Source: Callorhinchus milii (taxonomy: Eukaryota). Taken from it: 64,000 nt of DNA. Positions 35,886 through 50,411 of this stretch are shown here, piece by piece. The notes beneath the pieces were generated by a model. It searched no databases. It was not told the origin of the DNA and saw only the letters and a program-made list of their open reading frames with translations. Location: positions 69,876,001 through 69,940,000 of the forward strand of contig NW_024704742.1 in NCBI RefSeq assembly GCF_018977255.1, read 5' to 3'. Both the position numbers and the translations under genes were made by a program. The number at the start of each line of letters is the position of its first letter. Within the stretch, counting starts at the first letter, position 1.

Positions 35886-38800
35886 ACAGGATCTGAAACA
35901 GTTTACTCTGAATGTTAGGTTGCCTGTCCCTTTGTTTGCGATCCCTCCAGCAGAGGGAAAAGTCGTTCTGTATCTAGATCATTGAGGCTTTTCATTTTTG
36001 CTTCTGCATGATTTCAAATGCATGTAAAATTAAATTGGAGGAACAAATCATTCACTGCCTTAGAAATAAAGTATCAAAGACGTATGTTATATTTGTCTAC
36101 AAACGGCTTCACGCCCTGGCACCTCCCTACCTATCTGACCTGCTTTTCTCCCCACTCCGCTACCTGCTGCCTTCGTTCAGCTATCTCTGGCCTCTTGCTT
36201 GTCCCTCATCAGCCACTATGCCCAGAAGCTTTGGAACTCTCCCCAATCCCTCTGCCTCGTCTCCTCCTTTCTCTCTTAAATCACAACTGAAAACCTTCCT
36301 CTTCCACTGTGCTTATGGTCACCTCCCCCCACACCCCCACTGTCAAGTGCTCTGAGACACTGCTCTGTGTGAAGGACCCTATATAAATGCAAGTTGTTTT
36401 TGTAGACTAGAAATCTGATTTGCGGTCACCTCGGTAAAACAACCACCTCACAATTTTGGGCACATTTTCCCGGTCTCTTCCATTGTCAATGTTAAAAGAT
36501 AGGCTGTCTTCTTCAGTAAACTGGGTACCTCACTATTCTGGACAACTGTCATTGATTGTTGCCACTACAATGTCCTCCTCCGGTACAAACACCCCCCGCC
36601 GCTACTAACCTGTACACAGTGAGCTAATCCTCGGACTTCTTGCGTTGGTTCCTTGGCGCTGCTACTGTGGGCGGAGTGGGCTCTTGTCAGGCATGCGCGG
36701 GGAGTGTTGCAATCGTGGAAGGTGCGCGAGCAGAAAATCAACTTCAGTAGGTTGTGGGTTTATTATGTACTGACGGATGTGCAGCATGGTATTGTTGAAG
36801 GTGCTGTCCTTTGAATAAGACATTCGCCCACAAAATACACAGTCACTTCACTTTACAATATATTCTGTAATGCTCTTGAGACGTCTCAACGACTTGATAA
36901 GGTGCAAGAATTATTATTATTATTAGTGAATCAAGATCCCTTTGTCTTGCCTATTCAGGTGGAAGTTAAATATCCCATTTGTAAAGAGAAGGGAAGTGGT
37001 TTGAAACATACCCCTGACGTAATAAAGCCGTATATAATAATAATCCTTGCATTTGATATAACGCTATTCTCGTCTTCTAGCTGTCTCAAAGAGCTTCACG
37101 GAATATATTGTAAAGTAAATTGACTATATTTGTGGACGAAACGCGGCAGTGAATTGCGCACAGCAGTGTTCCATAAACAGTCGTGGATTGAAGTGACTAA
37201 ATTATTATTGTGTAATATACAATTATATCAAATTTATATCAAATGCATGGAGTATTGTTATGATTATAGTTTGCAGTATGTTGAAAAAAAGTACTCTCCA
37301 GGCTTTAATTAGAACCTGAACACTATTCGATATGAATGAAATGAAAAAGCTCAGCCAGGGTACTCTGATGGCACAGTCAGGAATGGCACAGCCTTTGATA
37401 CTGATGGGCAACGAATTCCAACAGAGGAGCAGATGTTGAAATCACATGATGTGTGGACTGAATCTCAGCTTAATCCAAAGAGGGAGAAAAGTGATGATGA
37501 AATGGTGGAAAATATGAGTTGCTGCAGCCACTGTGCCATTTGCTTCCAGGCAAAACACATTGATTGTTTAATGACAGAAAGTCAATCGATTTTTCTTTCT
37601 TTCCCCTCTTTGTGGTGATGAATTAAACCCATTTGAGTGTATGACAGTTTAAATGGGATTGAAAAAAAGTAAACCCAGAACAATAGTTTAGGATACAAAA
37701 AGATAGTAGAACAGGAGGACTCCGGTTTAGAGTTGCAATGGGCAATTACAGGACTGACTGACACCAGGAATTGTTTCTGTAACCCAGGGTAATTAAAGAT
37801 AGTTGGCCAAGGTGGTTGAGGCCAGACATTGGATTTCATTTAAAAAAAAGGTTTGATGCCATGGTGGCATAATGAGGTTGGGTGTTCTGGATGGATGAGA
37901 TCAAATGGGCTGAAGGGTCAATCTTATGGGTAGAGGCAGGAAGTTGTTATAAACAAAAGACAGGTACTGTATGTTTGCAAGTAAGGGATGGGGGAAGAAG
38001 AAGATTGGGAAAAATTTCTCCAATATCTTATTAATATCAAAAAATAAAATAGTGATAGTTCTTGCATTTGATACAGCACCTTATCACATTGCCTCAAAGC
38101 ATTATGCTATAGAGTAGTGTCCCTGTGTGTATAGTAGCTATTTTTCTTATCTTGCCCAAATGGCCATCCCTCCTTGTGCAATTCTAATCGCTGAGTGTTG
38201 TGGGCTGTTTTGACTGGAACTGAGGTTGGAAACACGAAGCCGAGCTTGATGCTATCCTTGGCACAGTGGATTCACAAAGTGAGCGAGCTGTTTGAGCAAA
38301 TTTAAGACAGTTACTCAGTTTATTTTCTGTAATCCACAAGTGACCGCTATGTACACTTTATATCTAATCAATTACTCTGTGTTCATATGATCCTTGGCTT
38401 CATGAGCTTCGTACCCTATTGCTCCTGAGCAGGCTTTGAATACTGATACAGTAATACAGGCCAACCTGTGTTAGCCCAGTCACCAGGTTACAAAATCTCA
38501 GCGGACCCATTATAAGACATGTGCAGAAAAATGTATAACTTCTGAGTTTTCAGGCTGCCACTGATGACATGTCCTGCGTATTACACACACTCAGTTCTGC
38601 TGTTACCGTGTTACCTTTATGAAATGACATGAACATCATTTCCTGTGCTTTTTTGTAAGGTCAGCTGATGGCCTGACTTGTGCAGAAACCCATCACCCTG
38701 ATTATGAGTATCCAAATCAGACTGAATTGCACATATGCTGGGTGCTTATCGATTAAAACTTTTCATGTCCCCCACTCTATCTGCTCCACCGTCAGCAGGC

Positions 38801-39879
38801 AGGCTTTTAGCTATTTTGTTTTCATCCTCTGGAATTCCATCCTTGAATCCCTCCTACTCGCTCCCTCCCCTCTTTCAAGGCCCGTCTCAAAATGCACTTC
38901 TTTCATCACACTGTCGGTCATCTTACCCCCCACCCTCCATCACCAGATTCTCATCCCCAGCTCAGGTGCTCAACCAGCACTGTGAATGCGCTTTTGGACG
39001 TCCTTTTGACATGAAAGGCACTGTATAAATGTAAATTCTATGAAAGTAAATTGTATTTATTGTAACTATGCATTCAAAACAATGCACAGGTTTCGGTTCT
39101 GATTATTTGATTGGAAGAAAAATCTGATATCTGGCTTTGCTTTTGTGAAATCTTGTGGATTGGCACAGCTTCAGTGAAATAAAGCCTGGACGTCTGTCTG
39201 CACTGGTCTGGTTCCAAAGCATTGCTGCTGATCTGCCAGATACATTTTGGTCTTCAAATCTCTTTCATCAGCTTCTCCCTCCTGCAGTTAACCCCTGTTA
39301 ACTGTAAAAGCACAGAGATCAGCCTGAATCAATTGGCAGCAATCTCACCTCTGACCCATTTTGGGACTTTGGATTCACATTTGCTGACACTCCCAACACA
39401 TTTCTGGGGTTTGCTGTATTTTGGAGGTGCAGTCCTTCGGATAAAACATTAAACTGAGGTCCTGTCTGTCTCAGCCATTCTTAGCTTGGCTCAGTTGGTG
39501 TCGCTCTCACGTGTGGGTCAACATGTTGTGGAATAATCCTTGCATTTGATATGGCTTCTTTCACATCAGGGTGGTGCCTGAAAGTGCTTCACAATATCCA
39601 CTGTAAGTGTAGTGACTGTTTATTTTTGGAGACAAACGCAACAACCAATTTTACACAAACCATTGTCCCTCAAGCAGCCATGAAATGAATGGCCAGCTTT
39701 AGCTTGGGAATTGTCCAAATCAAGACTTGAGGACAAACTCCTCTTTTTTGACGAGTGCTGTAGGATAATGTCCACCTTAACAGGCAAAGGCGGGACCTCA
39801 CTTTAATGTCTTATCCGGAGGATGGCACTTCCAAAAATCCATCATGATTCTAGCACTGTATTTGAGTGTCATCTTAGAC

Positions 39880-40255
39880 CAGTGGGAGACCAGCGGTTCT
39901 CAAACAATTTTTTTTGATGGCCAGGTTGGGGCAGTGTAACTTTGTAATCTGTATTACTTTCCCCCTTCTCGAGCCAGCTGGCACGTGGGGAGAGAGAGAA
40001 TGGCGCATGCCCAACGGGCACCCACCCGTCCTCGCAGACTTCCATGGGGGCTGTAGTCTGGCCGCCACCTCTGCAGAAGCGGGCCCGACGAACGCTCAAA
40101 CTACAAGAACCAGCATTCGCTGTGCTGCGCTACACGCACACATACAGATGTTTCCTCCCTCCTTCCCCCCCCACCCTCCCTGGGCCAGGTGCGCTGGTGT
40201 GACCACACAAAGGTGGCCGCATGCGGCTACAGTGACTGAAATTTGAGAAACGCTG
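39880..40255. mobile_element. Non-autonomous hAT (Charlie-like) DNA transposon inserted in a Deu-SINE
   Basis: TIRs CAGCGGTTCTCAAA (39891) / TTTGAGAAACGCTG (40242-40255); flanks tcttagac / acctagcc fit a decayed 8-bp TSD; the host SINE continues on both sides. Confidence 0.75.
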
Positions 40256-40491
40256 ACCTAGCCTGTGTGTGTTTCATGTCCAGTACTCACAGCCTTCTGA
40301 CTCGGAGGTGAGCGTGCCAACAACTGAGCCAAGCTGATACCCAGAGTGATGATACAAGTAGCAGTCCAACTAATAAAGGATGATGAGACAGGTGGTAGTG
40401 GCACAGAAGCAAATGGTTTGAAATGATTCCTTCTGTACTGACACTTTTTATATCTCTATACTATTTAATCAACCATTGTTCTTTTTTGCAG

Positions 40492-40571
40492 CTGCCACCG
40501 TCTTCGGCAGGTTCAAGCCATTGTGAATCGTAGCAACAAACCAAAATCTGATGGAATTCTCTGCATTCTAG
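40492..40571 (+). CDS. DNAAF9: DNAAF9 exon 2 (CHRLRQVQAIVNRSNKPKSDGILCIL-G)
   Basis: Acceptor cttttttgcag, donor G|GTACGT; peptide matches recalled DNAAF9 CSRLRQVQ...DGILCILG. Confidence 0.93.
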
Positions 40572-41576
40572 GTACGTTACAAAGTTTAGCACTGATTTCT
40601 AGCGATTAGACTATTTGGGGCGGGGGAGAAACGTGAATCTTAAACTCACAGAACATGATAAACATGTTTAGCCCATGGTGCTTTGCTGGCTCTCTGAAAA
40701 AGCAATCAAAATAAGTCCCATTCTGCTGCCTTCCCCAGCCCCATACCTGGAGAATTTCAACTATTATACATTCCTGTGCTTTTTAAGTAAAGTGTTTATT
40801 TTACTCTTTTAGTAATTACCTATACCCTCTAATTACCAATTGTTAGGCCTGTATAATAGAGGTAAATGATCGGATGAACCTTAGTTCTACAGCCTCATTT
40901 TAATATTTCAGTAAGTGCACCGCAGTGACTCAGAGAGGAAGGAGTGGAGAACATTATGTTGCGTTGAGCTGAATAATCAGATGTGATTAAAGCAACCTGG
41001 GTTATTATCCACTGATGGGAAGTTGGCTGCTTCACATTAAGCGGTCGGGCTCTCTCAGAGCACTCCTCCCAAGCACTTAGATTCACATTAATGTGACTGA
41101 AATTGTTTTCAGTATCTTTGGCGGGAGGTGGAAATGGTGCTATAAAATTGCAAATGATGCTGCAGAACGCTATAACAATCATTAATGGAAGTGGTCACCC
41201 CACTGACTAACTTGATAAATTCATGAGTGGAAACTCAGTTGACTGCAGGAGCTGAATCGTATGGACTAGGATAGCAGAGGGTTGAAACACACCCCCACCC
41301 CACCAGTCAACTGAGTGTTTGATACATGTCGGAAGCCCATAACTGTACTGATGAGTATCCAAACCAGACAGAGTTCCATACCTGTATGCCTTCCACACAT
41401 GGAAAATTCCTGCCTGGAAAGGAATTTGTGCTCTCTTAGAGGGACCCACCCTGTATTACCTAATCCCGAAGAGTATTAGGCACAGGTTGGAGAGCCAAGG
41501 TCTGGGGTCCTCTGACTGTGCATTGGACATATCTGCTGGAGGTTAATCCATTAAAACCACAGAGCTTGCCATTGAG

Positions 41577-41802
41577 TGTGCCTTCAGCCACTATGCCCCG
41601 AGGCTCTGGAACTGCCTTCCTCACTCCCTTCGTCTCGCTCCCTGCCTTCCCATTTTCAGGTCTCTGCTGAAGACCTTTCTTTTCGACTGCGCCTTTGGTC
41701 ACCTTCCTCCCCCTCTCCCTGGCTCAGCCCCAGGATCCGTTACTGTAAAGCGCTCTGAGATGCCGTCTGGCGTGGAGGGTGCTATATAAATCCAAGTTGT
41801 TG
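41577..41802 (+). mobile_element. L2 3' end (same tail type as 34914-35499) inserted in the unclassified repeat, TSD ttgag
   Basis: Strong similarity to 35269-35499; ttgag at 41572-41576 and 41803-41807. Confidence 0.85.
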
Positions 41803-42387
41803 TTGAGAGCACGGTCTGGCAAGCTCTCCTGTTGCTTTTCCAGCTTGGAAATCCCTACCTTTTAGGGCTTTGGCTTGCAGGGTTAACAGGAGTTGAGTTG
41901 AGTGAATCCCTGTCCCCATTGGGCCAATCTGCCCCTCGAAGCTGTGTGTGCTGTCATCAGTAGTGCCATAGAGTACTGGCTCATGAACTGGACTGGAGTC
42001 CGCTACAAAGAGTGGACATGCCAAGCACGTCAGCTTGGAGCCAGCATTTATTTTGTGTGTGTATGCTGTTAATTAAAGTTGCATTTTGTTTGAAGAAGTC
42101 ATTTTTAAAAAGATTAAGGAGAGCAATATTTCAATTGCGATGATTATTACAGAATTGTTATTCTAAAATGGAATTTGGATGTTTGAAGAGGAATATTAAA
42201 TTGTGCGGTGAACTTGAGGATCAGAAGAGATTGGCTCCTGTGGAGAAATAAGTGTTGGTTTGATGTTGGAACGATCCCTTGTGGAAATCTATAATTCTTC
42301 CCCAAAAGGCTGTGGATTGCAGGGTCAGTTGGAATTTTCAAGTCTGATGTTGATAGATATTTGTTATGTAAGGGTATCAAAGGGATA

Positions 42388-42926
42388 CAGTGAAACTCTT
42401 ACGTCTTATCTTTATAAATTGTATAAACACCAAAGTCGTACATTCACACGAGTCCCATTCAGTTTCCTATCAAAATTACTTCACAGTGCTTCTTTTTCTC
42501 ACCTCCTAACTCGTAATACGGCTCCCCTACCTTCTATTATTTCTACACTTGAATCGTGGGAAATTACGTCCTTAAATGTTGACACACGCGCACTTAAATG
42601 TAGTCTTCATCTGTCGACTTGTGTGCAGAACAACTTCATTTCACACGATTCAATGTGATTCCAATGTTTGTTGGTAAGAGTGTGTGTGGTGACATGTGAA
42701 GACTCATTGAATCATGGCAAAATATAGTTTTAATGCACATTTTCTGGCTGCAATGACTAATTACCGTATGCACATTTACTGGGTGCATTAAATTACACAT
42801 GCTCAGTGTAGATTATTGAATAAATCGGATTTTCGATGACTTCTACAGTTTGCCTGAAACTTGGACCTCGTGTAAATCATATTAAAAGTTTTGGTCCCGA
42901 CTGATACAATTTTGTGAGTTTTACTG
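42388..42926. mobile_element. Non-autonomous Tc1/mariner (Tigger/pogo-like) element with TA TSD inside a CR1 3' end
   Basis: TA|CAGTGAAACTC...GAGTTTTACTG|TA; removing it rejoins the CR1 3'UTR (aagggtatcaaagggata-tatagtaaaggc..ggggctgaatggcc). Confidence 0.75.
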
Positions 42927-43286
42927 TATATAGTAAAGGCTGTAAATGAATGGTGGAAGAGGCTCGAGGGGCTGAATGGCCATCTCCTGTTCCTGTGTTC
43001 CGAGTATAGAATGATTCTGGGTTGAACTGCGAATTAGTGATGAGAAATTCCACCTCCTCTTGTCTTTCTGTAGCATTTCGGAACATGGTATACTTTGACA
43101 AATTGTTGCCTTCAGTATTATTTGGGGCCAGCTTTCTCTCTCTCATTCTTAAAAGGACTTCTTCAAAATTGCCAAATTTTTGGTGATCTGAAGTGTTAAG
43201 AAAATAGAAACCCAGACTCAAGGAGGAATTTGTACACTTTAATGTTCATTTTCTTTCTGCAGTTTTGACGTTCTTTTCTTTTGCAG

Positions 43287-43406
43287 GAATTGATAGTCGT
43301 TATAATGAGGGCTGTAGGGAACTGGCAAATTACCTGTTCTTTGATTTGTATAATATGACCAACATCGACTGTGACACTGCGGATTTGCCAGACGAAGTGT
43401 TGGATG
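43287..43406 (+). CDS. DNAAF9: DNAAF9 exon 3 (IDSRYNEGCRELANYLFFDLYN...DEVLD)
   Basis: ttttgcag acceptor, G|GTAAAT donor, 120 nt, phase 1-1; GIDSRYNEGCRELANYL is a recognisable DNAAF9 segment. Confidence 0.95.
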
Positions 43407-44082
43407 GTAAATATACAAACCCAGCTTCCAGGCTCATTGAAGCATTATGTAGGGCCACACCTGGACACAAACAGTGCCCTTTTATCAGGCCAATGCTAAT
43501 CAGTAACTTATTATTTGTCCTCCTTATGTCCAAGCTGGACTATTCGAACCCCTGCTCATTTTTTGGGGGGTGGGTGGTCAGCTGGATGTCTGACACATGT
43601 GGAAGAGTATCCAGACTAAACTGAGAATTCCATGCATCCCACCTACATGGAAATTCCAGAGATAGATTGTTGGAATGGCATGTGCGCTCTCTCCCTGGAG
43701 AGATGTATTCTGCTTACCTAATTCCAGAAAGTACTAGGTGCAGGTTGGCAAGAGCTAAGGCTTGGGGACCCCAGAGTGTGCATTGCAGTATTGCTGGAGT
43801 CTAACCAGCTAAAACCGGATAGGTTGCCATTAACAGACACTATCCTGCTCATCATACTCCCTAGCTCTTCCCTACATAAGCTGCAGACATTTCAGAACCT
43901 TGCAGCTCTCCCACAGCAGGCAATGTGAATCCCCCCACTATCCTCGCTCGACCCCACTGGCTCCCCATCCCCCCAGCAGATTGAGTTCAAGATCCTATTC
44001 CTTGCATTCAGATTTCTCCACGGCCTCTCTTCCCCCCTCTATTTCTGCGACCCTCCTCCCTGGCTGCTTCCTCAAGATGTAA

Positions 44083-44313
<231 letters not shown>

Positions 44314-45854
44314 TAATTTTTTTTTAACTTTTCCTTATCCCAAAATTATGCGTATTTAAAGATGGTTAACCATATTCCCCATTCTGCCGGTTCCACCATC
44401 AGCAGTTATGCCTTCCGCCTCTCTGCCCTCATCCTTTGAAACTCCATCCCACAGTTCCTTCACCTCACCCCCTCCCTTGCCTTCTTCAACACCCGTCTCA
44501 AGACCCTCCTCTTCAACCGCGATTTCAGTCACCCTCCTACCACCACTCTCCCTGCCTTCCACCTCTCCTGAACCCAACCCCCAATTTGGGTGTAAACCCC
44601 TGACTGTCCAGAGTTGTGGAATGTCCTCCCGACATGAAATGTGCTATACAAATGCAATGTGTTGTTGTATCAAGAAGTCCTTGAACACTGTAATCATATC
44701 AGATTGGACTCTGTAATTAAAAAAAAGTTCAGAAATAGAGACACAAAGCAATCTACAAGCATGTCCTGTGTATACAACTTTACATTAAAAACAAAACACC
44801 TGGGTTCAATTCCAGGCAGGGTGAAACCTTGGGCAAGTGTCCTTACTCCACACGACTAACAATAATCCCTCCAAAACAATAATAAATTGGTCATTTTCAA
44901 TCCACGACTGTTTGTGGGACATTGCTGTGCGCAATTGGCTGCCGCGTTTCGCCCACAAATACAGTCAATTCACTTTACAGCATATTCTGTGAAGCGCTTT
45001 GAGACGTCTAGAAGATGTGAAAAGCACTATATCAAATGCAAGGACTATTATTATTATTAAACCTCCTCACTTTATTGTGCCTACATGAAGGAGCTTAACA
45101 AAATTCATTTTTAAGAAAATACAGTTAACCCTACCCATAGACTCAAACCTGTGAAAATCATTATCTTGAATAGAGGAAGTTAGTTACAAGACTTAAAGCT
45201 TCATTTTGGTTTTGAATGACACCAACCAAGAGGCAAAATACCTGCAGCCAATAAACCCCCCAAAAGGCCATCATTCTTTACCAGCCAAATTTACAATACG
45301 TTCCACATTTACATAATGTCTTTCACAGCAGTAGATGCCTCAAGGTGTTTGAATTGTTTCTGTGCTGTAGCGTTCTTTGTAACTCCCTGTTGTTGAATCT
45401 GGTACATTACTCCGGGCATTTTGCAAGCAAATGCATTGTCGTGTCTCAAGAAGAAATAGTCACAGATCAGTCAATCTGGTTTTACATTATTTTTTGTACT
45501 GAGCAACATTAATACAAATGTAGCACTTTTCTCCACTTCACGTAATTGAATGCTTAAATCTTTCAATGTCTTCTCCCCCCCCACACCCCCCCACACCCCC
45601 ACGCAAAAATCCATTTTGGGTGAATTGGGTTATAGTAGATTTGTATTGTATAGACAGTTCTGTTTAGACAGATCAACTGTAAATTGATCTGCCTATAGAA
45701 CATTCTCCCTGCATGAGACTGAACATTTGGGCATGATCTGTGCTCTTATGCTGATAAATTAGACTACGTTAAGGTCAGTTAGTTAGGCTGATGGTATTTT
45801 ACACTGTTGTCGCCTGTTGGGAGTTAAATTCATTTAAAAAAATCTTTCCTTTAG

Positions 45855-45956
<102 letters not shown>

Positions 45957-48209
45957 TAGCACAGCAGATCTGAAGTGCCATGATTAACTTTGTACCTCCA
46001 ACAGCTCAATGCTACTAGAATAGTGAACCGGTGCAATGGGATGAGAATAATTACCTGTAGTCATCTCCAGTGGAGGAGATGTTACCATAACAACAGCAAA
46101 AACAATTTACGCTTAATAATAATAATCTAATACTTCCATTTGATATAGCGCCTTATCACATCGTTGAGATGTCTTAAAGCGCTTCACAATGTAAAATGGA
46201 TTGACTATATTTTGTGGGTGAAATGCGGCAGCCAATTGCGCACACAGTGTCCCACAAACAGTCCTGGATTGAGTGACCAAATTATTTTTTTGAAGGGGAT
46301 ATTACCCCGGAAAACGACTTGCCAATCGCCTAACAACCAGGTTCCTACTTAATACTAGGTAAACAGAGGCGACTGGAGTACGGAAACTTGCTCAACATTT
46401 TGCCCTGCGGGAATCTAACCCAGGTCTCTCGCTTACGAGGCAAGTGTTCTAACTACTGAGCTACAAGGCTCCACAAATGTGGGTAAAATGTTGCTGAGCA
46501 GATAATGTTTTCATGGATGAAGACCTTCCTTTAGGAGTTCACTGAAGTGGTCTGCAGCAATAAAATGTGTTTGTCTTAAACTTTTTTATTCCCTGAGACT
46601 TGCTGTTCGTTGCTCTCTGCATTGTTTTTAACTCAATGTTGCCACCTCTAGGTTGTTGACTTGATTTGAAGCTCCTGTGCTGCCTACAATACAAGAGATG
46701 GAATCCCAAAGCCTCCTTACTGCAGAGGATAATCATTAAATAACTTAGATAGCTTTGGACGCCCTTATACTCTCCAGAATTAGTATTCTTAAGCATGGTA
46801 TATCGGAACATGAGTAGGCCATTTGGCCATCGAACCTGTCCCACCATGTTCCAAGATCATGGCCAATCCCTAACTCAATTCCTCCTCCCACTCTCTTTCC
46901 ATAACCCTAGATACCCCTGTTTATCAAGGCTATATCTATTTGGCTTTTAGTCTCTTCAATTAAGTATGATGATGGGCTTCTGCAATTATCAGACACCCAG
47001 CTGAGCAAAACAAAATTGTCTTTGAATTCTAGAAATTAGCTAGTTATTGCAATATTGTTAGTTGGATGTACTGTCTATTTGGGGCTTCAGGAGGTTTAAA
47101 GTAAGAAAGTTATTTATTTGATATTCTCAAATGCGAAAAAACTTAGATGCCATAATTTAATAATAATTAATATTAATGGTTGCATTTTGATTTAACATTG
47201 TAAAACTGTCTCAGACTTCACAGGATTTTACTATTCAGTGTGGTGAATGCAGCAGCCAATTTGCTCATAACAGTATCCCACAGGCAGCCATGAGGTGAAT
47301 AATCAGTGTTATCTTGGGGGATTATTGGCCAGAACACAGGAGGAACTCCCTTCTCCTTTCAAATAGTGCTATGGGAGCTTTGGGATTTCTCCTTATAACT
47401 GAAAAACTAATGCAATTGTCAGAAGATGGATTTTTTTTATTGTAATGTTTTCTATATATTTCAATGTTTATTTATAGAACTACATCCCAGAGTCCCCCAA
47501 CTCCCTCCCTCCCCTCGTTTAAAGTCTGTCCCAAGACCTACCTCATTGACCACACTTTCAATCATTTTTGTCATAAGCTCTCACACCCAGCTCGGGTGTC
47601 CAGCCACCACCTTTTGACATCCTCCCAAGGCACTACATAAATGTAAATTTGTATTGTATAAATAGAAAGATTTAATTTAAAAAGAACGTTAAAAGAAATT
47701 GCAGAGTTAGGCATCTGATGGAGGAAATTAGGGTGGGTAGGGGAAGGCATCAATAAACAAATATATTCCCTGCACTGATTTTTATTTATAAAGGTCATTT
47801 TATAGAGATTATTAACTAGATTATTGTATCTGTGGTTTTAGCACAGATACAATAATCTAGTTTTTTTTCCCCAGTGGAAATTGGGGTTATATTATCCTTA
47901 TTGTCCCATGTGCTGTTCAAAAAGAGAAGGGAATTTCTCACAGTGTCCTAGCCAACAATTTCCCCATAAAATTGGTCACTCATTTCATGGCTGTTTATGG
48001 GACGTTGCTGTGCACAAATTTTGTAAGTTCACCCACAAAACAATCACTGCACTTTACAGTAAATCCTGTGAAGAGCTTTGGGTCATCCTCCCAACATGAA
48101 AGGCGCTATACTAAATGTAAGGATTATTATTAGTTTTTATTATTCTATTATAACTTATTAATGTTATTATTATTTTTGTTTTATATGGCTTCAAATTACA
48201 TATTGTTGA

Positions 48210-48464
<255 letters not shown>

Positions 48465-49281
48465 TAGTGTAGTGGTTAGAGCACTCGCCTCGCAAACGAG
48501 AGGATTCTGGTTCAATTCACGGGTGGGGCGAAACCTTAGGCAAGTTTCCTTACTCCAAACGCCTCTTTTTACCCAGCAGTAAGTAGGAAACCGTGTGTTA
48601 GTCGATTGGTGGATAGCTTTCCGGGGGGCAATAATCCCTTGAACCAAAAAAATTATAATAATTTGTTCACTCAATCCATGACTGTTTGTGGGACTGTCAA
48701 TTCACTTTATCTTTTCTTTTGTGAAGTGTTTTGCGACATCTTGATGACATAATAAGGCACTATATCAAATGTAAGGATTATTATTACAATAACGGCAAGT
48801 TGGAGGGACTCCAGGAAGGAATCCCAGAGATCATGGACAGAATGCCTTAAAGCGTGTCCACTCAAAGTGGGGCAGAGCGGACAGGGAACTTGAGTTGGGC
48901 CGCTATTATTTATTTATAGCCAGGTACAATTTATTTATAATATTTTTAAAAGGAATACCAAATGAATTGAAAGAATTTAATTAACTCACTAACTAAATGG
49001 AACCCACTGAATGGGAAGTATAGAATCCTACAACACAGAAGGAGGCCATTCGTCTCATCGTGCTTCTGCCAGGTCTTTGACAGAGCTACCAAATCGTCCC
49101 ATTCCCCCCACTCTTTCCTCATGGCTCTGCAAATTTGTTGCGTCTTAACTGTTTTTTTAAAAAGCCAAGTAGGAGGCATGCTGGCTGCTTGACCTGCCAA
49201 TGATGTGACCAATTTTGTGATCAGTGAAGTCACGATTGCCTTCATTCAGAATAGAAGTATGGTTTCCATTCTGTTCTTCAG

Positions 49282-49359
49282 CTATTCGATGCAAGCGAGG
49301 AATTGTGGCAAGCATACACCAGACTGGATCCAACCTCTCTGGAGACCTTGATCACTGAG
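49282..49359 (+). CDS. DNAAF9: DNAAF9 exon 7 (LFDASEELWQAYTRLDPTSLETLITE)
   Basis: ttcttcag acceptor, GAG|GTAAAG donor, 78 nt, phase 0-0. Confidence 0.92.
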
Positions 49360-49439
49360 GTAAAGCATCCATTCATTTCTTCCTATAATTGTTACACTCT
49401 TTCCATGACACTGCCTCGGGTCTCAATAGCAAGCCGAAA

Positions 49440-50008
49440 TAGTGGGGTAATCCTGCCACTGTGTAAAACATTGGTGAGACCATACTTTAGAGTACTGTGT
49501 ACAGTTCTACACGCTGCAGCACAAAAAGGATATTGGAGAAATCGAGAAGATACAGGGGAGGGCAACCAAAATGATTGAGGGAACGGAGGGACTGGACTAT
49601 GAGGAGCGACTAAGTAAATTGGGCATGTTCACGCTGGAAAAAAGAAGATTGAGAGGCAACGTGATTGCTGTCTTTAAGATCCTAAAGGGGCAAGACTATA
49701 TAGATCATGGCTTGTCCAGAATAGTAAAACCAGAGGACATGGCTTGCGATTGAAGGGGGGATAATTCAGAACAAATCTACGCAAACGCTATTTCATTGAG
49801 TGAATAGTGAATCTATGGAACAGAGAGACGGTTGAAGCAGAAAGTGTTAATTCTTTCAAACACAGATTAGATCATTTTCTTTAAGGAAATATCATTATGG
49901 GATATAGTACATAGATAGTTTGGGATGTGAATGTGACCGCCAGGAAGGTGGAAGGTGAACTAGATGGATCTTGATTTTTTTTCGTCTAGCATTTCTTATG
50001 TTCTTATG
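49440..50008 (+). mobile_element. CR1 LINE 3' fragment
   Basis: VILPLCKTLVRP..YEERLSKLGMFTLEKRRLRG; ends in a ttcttatgttcttatg tail. Confidence 0.85.
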
Positions 50009-50140
50009 ATTGGTTGGGATGAAGGTGGTCCCTCGGCCCATCTGGTCTCTTTCTTCCAGAACACCCATCCTACCTTCTTTCCATCAAAGCATTAAGCTTT
50101 CTTTTAAAGTGTTTGTCCAGCTCATTTGAGATGCAATTGA

Positions 50141-50411
50141 GTTGTTGACCTCGGTATAACGAACGCCATGGGGACTTGAGAAACGTTATATCCGTGCGTT
50201 CGCTATAAGAGGTTCACAGGAAATCTGTGATTGGCTGCCGAATACTCCTGCCAGTTCGACTTGATTACAGATTGTTATATCAGGGGCTACGCTGCTTCAA
50301 TGATCACTGTGTCGGTGTAAGAATCAATTGGAAAAATCGGGGGTCAATATCAAATTTGTTATAACTGAAAGGATTGTAATAACCAGGGATTGTTATACCG
50401 AGGTTAGCCTG
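50141..50411. mobile_element. Tigger/pogo-like MITE
   Basis: 13-bp perfect inverted repeat acctcggtataac (50148-50160) / gttataccgaggt (50392-50404); internal repeated gttata-type motifs; outermost ends and TA TSD decayed. Confidence 0.65.

Noticed and set aside
35943..35960. Weaker CTCF-like matches (also about 60309-60323)
   Set aside because: Several core positions mismatch, at a level expected by chance in 64 kb.
36590..36735. Small CpG-rich patch in intron 1 as an alternative promoter
   Set aside because: Too short, with no supported downstream first exon; equally compatible with a transposon remnant.
45657..45701. Imperfect hairpin in intron 4 as a pre-miRNA
   Set aside because: About 18 paired bases with a mismatch and a bulge, and no recognisable mature miRNA.
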